Below are positions 12,417 to 24,200 of a stretch of 64,000 nt of DNA, piece by piece. The notes beneath the pieces were generated by a model. That model was given only the letters and a program-made list of their open reading frames with translations, was not told the DNA's origin and did not search any database. This DNA is from Octopus sinensis. Taxonomy: Eukaryota. Made by a program: the position numbers and the translations under genes. Position 1 is the stretch's first letter. Every line of letters starts with the position of its first letter. The DNA lies in NCBI RefSeq assembly GCF_006345805.1, contig NC_043006.1, positions 6,262,001 to 6,326,000 of the forward strand, given 5' to 3'.

Positions 12417-13749
12417 AGGCAGAGAGGAGGAGGCGAAACCTCGAGCGCTCAACGAACCGATATAATTTGTCCTTTCCTAATTGAGATTTTTCGAAGAAAA
12501 GGGAAGAATCACAGGAGGAGTTAACAACCTACGAGTCATCAACACTGATTGCAAAACCATACTGGCATTAATTCAATTCGATGTGAAACTGCCATCGCAT
12601 GTCTTTTCGTGTAAGAGTATTTGACATAACTACAGAATGGTGCTCCACATTCTCATTTCCTCAAAACCTGAAAAATGTGTATTTTTAAATGAAAATTTGC
12701 AGAGACACGATTTCGAGGGTGTGCGTTGCAAATAGATCGATAAAATTTAGAAGAAAAAATCTATTAAAGATGTTTCGGATCATTCTTCCTTGCCACGTCG
12801 GCTTTGTTTCCATAACTTAGCCATTTTTCACTTTTTTTTTTCAGATTTATGTTTCAAACATCATCTTTGCGTAATCTACACACTCGAAAACATATTTTTG
12901 CAAAATTTCCTTTTAAAGTTAAGCATTTTAAAGACAGTTATGAGGAAACAAAGTTTGAGAGTTGCGAGAATAATCTGAAATTCTCTCTCTCTCTCAAAAA
13001 AAAAAAAAAAAGTGTTGTTTTGCTTAAATATTAAGATTATAATCGTAATCTGCCCTCTCGAAAACGTATCGCTGTAAAATTTTATTTAGAAATAAACATT
13101 TTCCAGTAAGTCATGGAAAAAAAATTGAGGGCACTAATCTGTAATTATGCCTAGTATTGCAGCTCACCTAGCGTCATTGAGGAAGTCGTGAACGTTACGT
13201 AACGTATCTCGTCCATAAGAAAACCTGTTCCTACTCTTGTAGAGGGTAAATAAAAAAAGCAATCTTTCGTTTTTAATACAATTTATGTCACTTATAAAGC
13301 AGGTGCTTCTGTTTATGTTTCTGAAAAAGATCGTAGCTTTCCGTAAAGAAATTGGTGATCAATTTTATTTTTTTACTCATGTGGGGGAACAGGGGACTTG
13401 GATTTTGAAGTCGAGAGAGCAACTGATGTGTGAATGTGTGTGTGTTGATGGGGTGTACGAGACAGAGAGTGTGGTGTGTATGTGAAGTTGTTTTGTTAGT
13501 GTGTGTGTGTGAAGAGACACAGAGAGGCAACATACATGCAAACAACAAGCACAAACAAACAAAAAACCATACCTTCTCTCTCCCTCCCTCCCATAAACAT
13601 GTATGCAATAGGTGTACGTACGTATTTGTGTGTGTGTGTGTGTGTGTGTCACAGAAGCTAGCCATTCACACAAGTGTAATTGATGTCCTAAACACTAAGA
13701 TTAGCTTGCGTCAATACGTGAATAACAGAAGTAGAAGCAATTCACTCAA

Positions 13750-14950
13750 CGCAAGAAAATATGGTATCACCTTGCCAGCCGGTCTTGGAGAACCTAACCC
13801 AATTTGTTAAGATGTTCTCGCCAGAGAGTGTCCTTCTATACATCCGTACCCTGTCCTTTGAGGGTTAAACTATTTGGTCTCACGAAGCCCAGTGGCGATT
13901 TCTGCTCTATAGACGGTTCACAGCGAAAGTGTGTCTGTGCTCGGTTTGAAACTGCCTGTCTTCCGAATTTTTCCCTATCCAGCTAGGGGTTGGTACCAAG
14001 CTAGGTTATGAGGCTACCATTCATACCACTAGAGCTTTCACCAACCTACCTTCTGAGACTCCAAAAGTCAATCTAGATCTCAGGAATTCCTTCAGTTCCA
14101 TCAGTCAGGATGCCAAGCTCCGTGTAGTAAGCTAGAATGCCCCACAGCTCTGCCACTTTACTTAGCAAACTTATCAAGAGCCCTCCTACCTCTTCTTTGG
14201 TGACCATTCCATCCCATCTGCCTCTGGAACCCAACAGGGTGATCTACTCGGCCCTGCTCTATTTGCACTTGGTATATCGATGTCGTTACCAAGATGGGAG
14301 CTGACCTGGACTTGAATATCTAGCAGATTAACGATGCTTGTTTGAGGTGGGGGCTCCTGCTAAGGTTTTGCATCTGTGACGACGATGACTGAAGAACCTG
14401 GTCGTAGGGGCCTTAGCATCATCAGTTCTAAATGCGGGCTCTGGCTCCTCAGCCATTCAGTTTCACATCAGAAAACTGTAAACCTGTTTACGGATTCCTT
14501 CCCCAATTACTGACCGAGCTTTCGAGTTCAACTTTCGATCGAAGGTGGTTAACCTTGAGCAACTATAAAAAAACTTGAAGCAACTGTGTCCCACGAAGGT
14601 TTTTTAATACTTAGGATTTACTTGTCAATTCCTCGGTTATTGTATTTTCTCAGAGTTAGTCTTTCTTAAAGATTCTCGTCGTCTTTCCAATACATCAATA
14701 TCAGACCCTCGAGAGAGTCCCGCAAACAGGCTGCTTTGCTCAAACGGTTTGGGGGGTCTAGGTTTGCGTAAGTGCTCGTCTCTGTCTCTTCCGTTTTCTT
14801 TCCTTCATCCACGCTTGCTCCCTTTCAGTAGGCAACATCCTCTCCTTCCTAACATGGCCTAGCTCCAACTGGGAGATGGACGAAGCTCTGCAATAAAGAG
14901 AGCTGGGTTTGTCAGATGAGGAGAGATGGAAACAGAGACTATGGGACAAT
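13750..14950 (+). mobile_element. Decayed non-LTR retrotransposon RT, CRE-like
   Basis: Remnants LFGLTKPSG..., SYLFFGDHSIPSASGTQQGDLLGPALFALGI, SIPRLLYFLRVS and QAALLKRFGGLGLR, in RT order, with stops and frameshifts. Confidence 0.6.
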
Positions 14951-17081
14951 CTGCGTTCAGGTGATACGTTCAACACTCTCTTGTATATTTTAATTTTTTA
15001 AGAAGAGAAAAAGAAAGCCTCTAAATGGTCATTTGATCTGCTAGAAATAGCCGCTAAGCTTGACTGTAATCACAAACCTTAGTAGCATTTAATATAAGGA
15101 AGAACACATTGGACTGTGTAGCCATATATTGACGAGATGATCAGGGTTGGAATACCTTCGATCACTGGCCTTCTCGATCAGAGTTATTATGAGGCTACAC
15201 AATTTATTCTCTTGGGGTTAATTTCAAAAGACATGTCACCTGGGTATTAGGAAACTTACCACAGGGTCCTTAAACTACGCAACTTGGGCATGTTGATAAA
15301 TATTTACATAAAAACACACATCATCATAGAAAGAAGATGCAGTAGTAAATAAAAATAGTCGAGGAGAAAAAACTGATAAAACTTCGCTGAATATGTGATC
15401 AAGTGTTCAAAAATCAATACAATTCGATGGTCGCTTGGTCGATGTGTAGGTAGTATAAGTACAGTTTAGTGTAAGTGCACCCGTTCCCCAACACCGGACA
15501 GAAATATTTGATTGGTTTTTGTTCTTTTGTATTATTTCTTTCTGTTTTTTAATTGATATAAGAAATAACATTCTCAGTTTCGGTTTACCGCCTTTACACA
15601 GATGTTTGAAGAGATTAATTTATTAAATAAATATGAATTTTAAAGAGAGTTACGAGAAAACAAAGTCGAAGCAATATTCCGAAACTTCTTCAAGAAGTTT
15701 TTTTTTTAAATTTTTACGAACATAATCGTAATCTACATCTTCGAAAACGTTCTCTGAAGAATATGTCTTTTAAAGAATGTTATGAGGAAACAAAGCCAGT
15801 GAGCATCAAAATAGTTCTGCCTGATATTACATAACGATTTTCCTTCACAGTACGGGTTCTGCAAATGCTATATTTAATAGTGAGTTACTGACTTTGACTT
15901 GTTTGTCTTTGCTTGTTATAGACATGTAGTGTATTAACACTTCACATACCCACAGCAGATGCTTTGTTTAATGTCATGTGTAGCATCGTATTTCAGAAGG
16001 TTAACCTTGTGTGTGGTTCCCTTCCTTCAAGGTTATGTATGAAGTTAGGAAAAAAACTTTGGTGAAATTCACATCGCGAAAAATTTAACATTATTTCCAT
16101 GCGCATTGCCTCATTTCCTCCTAATCCAGGGTTTGTTTATTTCCAGAATAAAAATCTTATAGAATGTGAAAAAGTATTATTCGTAAACAACATTCCGGGA
16201 ATGCCCTTGAGTAGGTGGGTTGGAGAGATTCCAGAATCGTTTATAGCACAAGAATATGCTTTGTTGCGCAACAAAACTTCAAGTAATCTTTATCTAAACT
16301 CAAGACACATATTCCATCCACACTTCAGTGGTTGTCAACAGATGAAACTGTTTCTTCTTTTATTAAAAGAAAAGAAAAAAGTAGAAAAAACCGTTAAGCT
16401 GTTTCCACTGCAGTCAAGTACCTACGTACCGGATCTTTAAATTTTACTGATGGTAATCTCTGTATAATTGTATCAAAATTAGGTACAAGGTCAACGTGTT
16501 TTTTTTTCGTTTTTTTTTTTAAGAGGAAGAAATTTACTCATTTACAATCTCCATATTCTTGAATGGTACTTTCTTTTATCAATCCTAAAGAATGTAAGAC
16601 AAAAGTGACTACGGCATGATTTGAACTCAGAACATAAAGACACAGAAGAAAGGCAGCTAAGCATTTTGTCCGACGCGCTAAGAATTTTGCCAGCTCACCG
16701 TTTTGTTAGTAATTATTCCTTCAATTATAGGTACAAAACTTGATATATTTTTTTTTGGGGGGGGGGGGCAAATCAATTATATCAACTCCCAGTACTCATA
16801 CTTATTTTATCGACCCCCAAAAGAATGAAATGCAATGGCGGCCTCGGCGGAATTTGAACTCAGGATGTGAAGACGAACGAAATGCCGCCGAACATTTTGT
16901 CCAGCAATGCCGCCTTGTTAGTAATAATGGTTTTAAATTTTAGCACAAGGCCAGCAGTTTCGCGGAAAGGATCAAGTCAGTTACATCGATCTATGTGCTC
17001 AATTGGTACTTACTTTTTACTCAGAACGTGTAGACGATCCAAATGCTACTAAGCATTTAACCCGGCTCGCTAACGACTCTT

Positions 17082-17640
17082 ATTTCTTTATTGCCCACAA
17101 GGGGGACAGACAAACGGATTAAGTCGATTACATCGACCCCAGTGCGTAACTGGTACTTAATTTATCGACCCCGAAAGGATGAAAGGCAAAGTCGACCTCG
17201 GCGGAATTTGAACTCAGAACGTAGCGGCTGACGAAATACCTATTTCTTTACTACCCACAAGGGGCTAAACACAGAGGGGACAAACAAGGACAGACAAACG
17301 GACTAAGTTGATTATATCGACTCCAGTGCGTAACTGGTACTTAATTTAATCGACCATGAAAGGATTAAAGGAAAAGTCGACCTCGGCGGAATTTGAACTC
17401 AGAACGTAGCGGCTGACGAAATACCTATTTCTTTACTACCCACAAGGAGCTAAACACAGAGAGGCCAAACAAGGACAGACAAATGGATTAAGTCGATTAT
17501 ATCGACTCCAGTGCGTAACTGGTACTTGATTTAATCGAACCCTGGGCGGAATTTGAACTCAGAACGTAGCGGCTGACGAAATATCGCTAAGCATTTCGCC
17601 AGCATGCTTAACGACTCTGCCAGCTCGTTGCCTTCGCCTT
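17082..17640 (-). repeat. Head-to-tail multimer of SINE family B (about 185-bp period)
   Basis: Three units joined at gacgaaatacctatttc; core gaggtcgactttgcctttcatcctttcggggtcg resembles the Meta-SINE domain. Confidence 0.85.
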
Positions 17641-17917
17641 GTTAGTAATAATAGCCAATGTAAATGTCGACTGGCTGGTTGGTTACAGAATATGGAAGAG
17701 AGAGAGAGACTTAATGTAAGGAGTGCAGAATGAGTCCACATTCAAGGCTTTGTGAGGAGAGGGAGCAAATGACAGGGTGGTCATGGGAGGAGAAATTTAT
17801 TTTTGTTCAATTTCATTTGAACGTAAATGTTTCTCTTGAAAATTAGTATTCATTTCTTCCTTTCGTATATGCAACAGGAAATTTGATTGATATAACTTAA
17901 ATTATAATTCTTGTATA

Positions 17918-18285
17918 GGAGTGACTGTGTGGTAAGTAGCTTGTTTACCAACCACACGGTTCCGGGTTCAGTCCCACTGCGTGCCGCCTTGGGCAAGTGT
18001 CTTCTACTATAGCCTCGGGCCGACCAATGCCTTGTGAGTGGATTTGGTAGACGGAAACTGAAATGTATATATATATATATGCATGTGTGTGTTTGTCCCC
18101 CTAGCATTGCTTGACAACCGATGCTGGTGTGTTTATGTCCCCGTTACTTAGCGGTTCGGCAAAAGAGACCAATAGAATAAGTACTGGGCTTACAAAAGAA
18201 TAAGTCCCGGGGTCGAGTTGCTCGATTAAAGGCGGTGCTCCAGCATGGCTGCAGTCAAATGACTGAAACAAGTAAAAGAGTAAGA
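17918..18285 (+). mobile_element. tRNA-derived SINE family A (Nin-like core)
   Basis: tRNA-like head (tgtgtggtaag...ggttcagtccc) and conserved body; other copies about 30170-30568(+), 38365-38757(+), 40700-41115(-), 22400-22620(-), 26160-26390, 5700-5830. Confidence 0.85.
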
Positions 18286-18599
18286 GAATGCATGCTATTT
18301 TTCCTGATATTTGCCGTAGTGAAGAAAGCCTACTTCTATAGTCGAGTGGCACTCCGTTGGTTAGAACAACAAGGGTTCCAACTGATCCGATCAACGGAAG
18401 AGCCTGCTCGTGAAATTAATGTGCAAGTGGCTGAGCACTCCACAGACACACGTAACTTTAACATAGTTCTCAGGGAGATTCAGCATGCCACAGAATGTGA
18501 CGAGGATGGCCCTTTGAAATACATGTACAACTCATTTATGCCAGCTGAGTGAACTGGAGCAACGTGAAATGAAGAGTCTTGTTCAAGGACACAACACAC

Positions 18600-19230
18600 T
18601 ATCAATTATCACATTTGTGACCTTAGGGGCTATTATGTCCAAGTATGGAATGCGCTTGATGGTCGCCGCAAAGTTGAGACCTTTGTTTAATACTGCTTCT
18701 TCAGGGCTTTCTAGATGTCGGCAACTTGCTTTAACCCTTTAGTGTTCAGATTATTCTGTCAAATGTGATGTTTGTTTATTTAAAATGGTTTGAATTAATC
18801 CTGCATTATCTTGTAATTTAGAGATTTCGGTGATTTGATTTTTTAGCTTTAGAATGACATGGTAGGGCTGAGGTGAGAGGCTAGATCTGGTCAGTTTCAA
18901 TATAAAACAGGTTAAATATTTTGGCCGGATATGGCCGGTTTGAATGCTAAAGGGTTAATTACTGCTTTCACGGGTGGATGATGGACTTCAGTCTTCATCC
19001 TCTCACCTTTCAGTTTCATAAGCGTCTTAATCTGGCGTGTCCTTCACCTTTTCATATTCTTTCATGTACGACTTTTCCAGATCTTGTTGGATTCTCTTTC
19101 TTTCATCATCTCAGGTTATTTTCCTGTGTAATCAAGATAACTTCTAATCTCGTTATTTAGTTGATGTTGTTTTTTCCAACAGTTGTAATGGATCCTCTCA
19201 TGTCCTGCCCTTTCTGATACTCTTCAAGCT
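18600..19230 (-). mobile_element. Decayed Penelope-like ORF N-terminal fragments, interrupted by a MITE
   Basis: Minus strand around 18700-18620 reads PEEAVLNKGLNFAATIKRIPYLDIIAP, resembling the PLE ORF 'LSKGLNFA..IP..DII' motif. Confidence 0.5.
18731..18958. mobile_element. piggyBac-like MITE
   Basis: TTAA-CCCTTTAG...CTAAAGGG-TTAA. Confidence 0.85.
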
Positions 19231-19268
19231 TAATATGAATCCACTGGTATCATTATATTCAAGCTGTG

Positions 19269-19634
19269 GAGGCGCAATGGCCCAGTGGTTAGGGCAGTGG
19301 ACTCGCGGTTTCGATCCCCACACCGGGCGTTGTGAGTGTTTATTGAGCGAAAACACCTAAAAGCTCCACGAGGCTCCGGCAGGGGATGGTAGTGATCCCT
19401 GCTGTACTCTTTCACCACAACTTTCTCTCGCTCTTACTTCTTGTTTCTGTTGTACCTGTATTTCAAGGGGCTGGCCTTGTCACTCTCTGTGTCACGCTGA
19501 ATATCCCCGAGAACTACGTTAAGGGTGCACGTGTCTGTGGAGTGCTCAGCTACTTACACGTTAATTTCATGAGCAGACTGTTCCATTGATTCAGATCAAC
19601 CGTAACACTCATCGTCGTAACCGACGGAGTGCTT
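19269..19634 (+). mobile_element. tRNA-derived SINE family D
   Basis: Head ggcgcaatggcccagtggttagggcag...; tail also present inverted at about 18330-18480. Confidence 0.8.
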
Positions 19635-19639
19635 CCATA

Positions 19640-20430
19640 TATTCAAGCCAGGTGCTATTAGCTTTGAGTCTCTGTATCTACAAAAGATATGTGGCCCATA
19701 TGACATCAGGACAGTATTCAAGAGTAATACAACACTTGGCAAATATCTCCTTTGAGTAAAACCACCAATAGAATAAGAATCCAAGACTGCGTGTACTCCA
19801 TCCCATGCAGCTGTGGTAGGTTATACAAAGGTGAAACATGCCACCCCTCAAAATAAGGGTAAACGAACATCGCAAAGCTGTGACACAAAGAGATATTGCT
19901 AAATCGGGTAAAGCTGATCATGTATGGAAAAATGGAGACCACCTCCCCCTCTGGGATGAAGTTAAAATAATAGACGGAACACCACTGGAAAATACAGTTC
20001 TATATTTAAGAGATGAGGAATTATGTACAATTGACAGATATTTGTCCTCATCTTGTTAGTTGTTAACACAACGTTTCGGCTGATGTACCCTCCAGCCTTC
20101 ATCAGGTGTCTTGGAGAAATTTCGAACCTGGGTTCTCATACCTAAGGTATTTTTCAATGTTGTAATTATTATTATTATTATTACTCAGATCATTGCCTGG
20201 AATCAAACTCAGAATCTGGGGGTTAGTAGTCCGCACTCTTAGCCACTACGCCACAGGCATATGGCGTAGTGGCTAAGAGTGCGGACTACTAACCCCAAGA
20301 TTCTGAGTTTGATTCCAGGCAATAATAATAATAATAATTACAACATTGAAAAATACCTTAGGAATGAGAACCCAGGTTCAAAATTTCCCCAAGACACCTG
20401 ATGAAGGCTGGATCCATCAAATGTAAATAA
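19640..20430 (+). mobile_element. Penelope-like element: GIY-YIG endonuclease fragment and inverted pair of terminal repeats
   Basis: YSIPCSCGRLYKGETCHPLKIRVNEHRKAV...HVWKNGDHLPLWDEVKII (GIY-YIG); 20091-20253 is inverted relative to 20262-20412. Confidence 0.8.
20065..20110 (-). ncRNA. Minimal type-I hammerhead ribozyme motif (PLE type)
   Basis: Minus strand GACAC-CTGATGA-A-GGCTG(gagggtacat)CAGCC-GAA-ACGT-T-GTGTT: stem I, intact core, stem II, palindromic ACGT helix III, GUU triplet. Confidence 0.7.
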
Positions 20431-21079
20431 TGTACAGTTTGCTAATATATTTCATTCCTAGTTTCCTTGGATTGTATTGTTTTACTGATAGAATGGGAGT
20501 TGTCTAGTTTTACTGGGCAATGAGGAACAATCTGTTTCCTCCGTAATTGATCTTGGAATTGGTAAAAATCAACAAATGTTTAATGAAGGAGGAGGAGGAA
20601 GAGATAGACAAGCAGAAAACCAAAGGCAAAAAAAACAGAAACAAACGAAACATTTGCACTGTTAATTTAAGCTCAACAAGGGAATGTTTAAGAAAACAGA
20701 TTTATTGTGTTTTTGAAATTTTATTTTAACATTTTAATTTGTTTTTATTAATTCTTTCTTTTTTTTCATTTTTCTTTCTTTTTACAAAAATAATTGATTT
20801 ATCTTGATTGAAAAACATTCAGCCATCCAAAGACAAACTGGGTGAAATAAATACAGAAGAAATAAAGAATAAATTTTAGTTGAAACAATTTTAAAAGTTA
20901 ATCTAAGAAAAGAAATTAACGTAAGACAGTAGTTTTGATATTGTTTCTGAATATTAAAACATATTCAAAACATTTAAGAACATTTTTGGCTTGCTTTTAT
21001 CATTAATCTGTAAATTCTTGAAGAAATTGTGAGAGCAATAGTTTTGAAACTGGAATAATTCAACCTCAATTTTTAAAGT

Positions 21080-21215
21080 TCAAGAATATTCACAATAATG
21101 TCCACAGCCTCGGGGACATTGTTTATTCTTTTGAAACCACTCCATGATGTGTTGGAGGTGGCCACCATGGGAGCAGCCCTGGCACCAAACATAAAGTCGT
21201 TTGACAGGTTGATAG
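21080..21215 (-). CDS. WDR24: WDR24 last coding exon (RING)
   Basis: [44 protein letters not shown]; ttttag acceptor, TGA at 21082-21080. Confidence 0.96.
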
Positions 21216-24200
21216 CTAAAAAAAAAGAGAAAGAAATATCATGAATGATGAAATATTTATTCTGTTTATTACTCATCTTATGCAAGTTTAGTAAATAAAA
21301 TGAATTACTTGTACATTTTCATCAGAAAAATTCAGAAATGGGTTACCAGTATTAACTTTTGAGGAAGGCAGAAGGAGGAGAGCCACCAGCATCACCACTG
21401 CTGCCATCACTATCAACATTATTGTTGTCACTTAAGTTTGATGGTTGAATAGGATACAACAGATCCAAGAACCGTATTATGCCACAGTGTTTGCTTTGGA
21501 ATGGTTTCTGCACTTGAATGCCTTTCTTAATTCGGATCTTTTCACTTTAACGCCAAGAGAAAAACATGTTTTATGTGACACATTCTACCAGTATACGGGG
21601 TTTAAAAGTGTTTAGTTACAAAAAATTATTTTTTAAATCTGCCGGTCAAAGTGAAAAGATCCCTTAATTCTAACCCCTTTACAGAGCATATCAGGTACAG
21701 CTTTCAAGACTAAGATTCCCTTCAACTGAGTGGGGGCTACAATAGAAAGGGAGAAGGAGGTGGCTTTGTACAAGGAGAAGAGGGCTTAGAGTATGAAAGA
21801 AGTGGGGCCAGAAAAAAATAGGATTCTTGTTTTAGAGAAGCTATACGGCTACTTACATCAGAATAGGAATTGTAATATTCATACTTATCTAACGAAGTTT
21901 ACACGAAACAAAATAGCTCTCACTGGAAATTTAAACTAATCACAGACATGGTCACTCACCACAAAACCAATAAAGAGCAATACTTTTAGTAGTAAGTTAG
22001 CAGTTGTTGCTTGTTCCTTCTCGAGCCATGCCTGGCTCATAAGGGCCGGTCTCCCGGTTTCCTTGGCGTATAGGTTCCCCACCTGGACGGGACGCCGGTC
22101 CATCGCAGGTGAGCTGCAAGATGCAGGAGGAAAGAGTGAGAGAAAGTTGTGGCAAAAGAATCAGCAAAAGTTCACCATTGCCTTCTGCCGGAGTTGTGTG
22201 GAGCTTAGGTGTTTCGCTCATAAACACACACACATTGCCCAGTCTGAGAATCGAACCCTTAATCCCTCGACCGCGAGTCCGCTGCTCTAACCACTAGGCC
22301 ATGTGCGTCCACTAAGTTAGCAGTAGTAACAATCAAGCACTAAACTTATAAAATAGTTTGCAGCATGCCCTGACATTTGGAATTCAAATTCTGTTGTCAA
22401 GCAATGTTGGAGGGACAAACAGACACACAAACACACTTATATACATATACATATATACAACAGGCTTCTTTCAGTTTCCGTCAACCAAATCCACTCACAG
22501 GGCTTTGGTCGGCCTGAAGCTATAGTAGAAGACACTCGCCCAAGGTGCCACGCAGTGGGACTGAACCCGGAACAATGCGGTTCGTAAGCAAGCTACTTAC
22601 CACAGACACTCCTACACCTATCTTGAAAAAAAAAACAAACAAAAAAACGGAAAGCGATGGACATGGGAATTAACAAAGCATAAAATACTCACCACACACC
22701 ACACACACCAACAATTGTTCGACATTTGCTACAAAACCAACTGCAGTTGGTCAGTGTTTTGTTACATCTGTGACACATGGTGAGGATATTTGAAGACTGT
22801 TGGTTTAACATGGAAACTTCAGGGATTTTACTAAGTTTAATCACATCAGCAATAACTGACCATTGTTTGAATTGTCCTAATAATTCTGAAAAACAAAGCA
22901 AAATTTCATTCAAGATATATAAAGAATTAATATATTTAGATTGTGTTTTATCTTTAAGTGGACGTTAAACGACGACGATGATGATGATGATGGTTAACAA
23001 TGAACTATAAGGTTGAAAGGAATAAACTTTTACTTTTTTAAACGTAGCAAACGTGCAAATCTGACAGATATGAATAAATGACTTTTTATTGACCCTTTGA
23101 AGTAATGATCCCTATAGTTGGTGTCTTCGAGAGAAGCTGTTTCCTCACACTCAAATCTTTGTATTGTTTTAAGATTGTTCTTAATTCAAGTACATGCACT
23201 GCACATATATTTGAACTCTGTTTTAAATGTAAACATTTAATTTATATAGAATTTATAGACTTTAAAGTATACCACAAAGAAATTCTTTTAAAATGATTTA
23301 ATGATTGGATAGAGGCCACTGCCCTTTGCAGTACTCAAAAGAATCAGGGCCGACAACTGTGCTTCTAAGGTTCAAAATTTGTGGTGGTATAGAAATATCA
23401 AAGAGCTGGAGGGTGAAACACAAGGATAGTAGAGAGTTCTATAAAGTTGAAATGATCAACTGCATACGATATTTGGTGTTGATTTTTTTGAAATGAGCAA
23501 ACAGCAACAACAGAAATTATATATATAAATAAAAGGGGCCAAATTGAAAACATTTTTGCAATGAGGGGGACATTGAACTTCAAGATAAATTTAAACACAT
23601 GTAGTAGTTTAATAAGTAAGCTTTATTTATTGAACATCAAAACATGAATGTTGATAGCAGCATAAAATATTGCTTTTATAAACCTTTTTCGAGATAAAAA
23701 AAACATTAATAGTTTAAAAAGATGTGTAACTTATTTTGGTACTTCTCAAAATAGGCCAAGTCCATATTGAGAAGTGGTTGATCATAGAAAAGGCATCCAA
23801 CCACAGAAACCATGACAAAAATGGGATGTATGATGAAGGTAAGCTTTACAAGCTGCATTGTGGGTTACCTGTTTAGAAGGGCAGTGACTCCAATTAAGAA
23901 CTGGTACAGGTAGTTGTCAGATCACTGCATCCTTCAAAACTTCCATGCTTCCTGAGATTCGCCAACACTACACTTGATTTTCTCCCCTCCATACACACAA
24001 GCAAGCAGGTATCTGACTCATACACTGTTCACTTCCCAGACATTTGTACATTACTGCATATGTTTTATACACACTTTTGACAAGTTGTGGTGCACCTGAA
24101 CACTGTATACAATAATTTCATTATTATTCATTATTATTATTATTATTATAGAAAGGACACTTTGATCTTTCTCCTGACAACCTGTCTGGTATTAACGGCA

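Noticed and set aside
16099-16440. 113-aa ORF (also 447-938, 7876-8265, 8789-9112)
   Set aside because: No recognisable domain or splice context; low-complexity or repeat-derived sequence.
20262-20320. tRNA gene (also tRNA-like heads at 196-255, 19270, 22310, 30175)
   Set aside because: No complete cloverleaf or acceptor stem and no terminator; they are heads of repeats.
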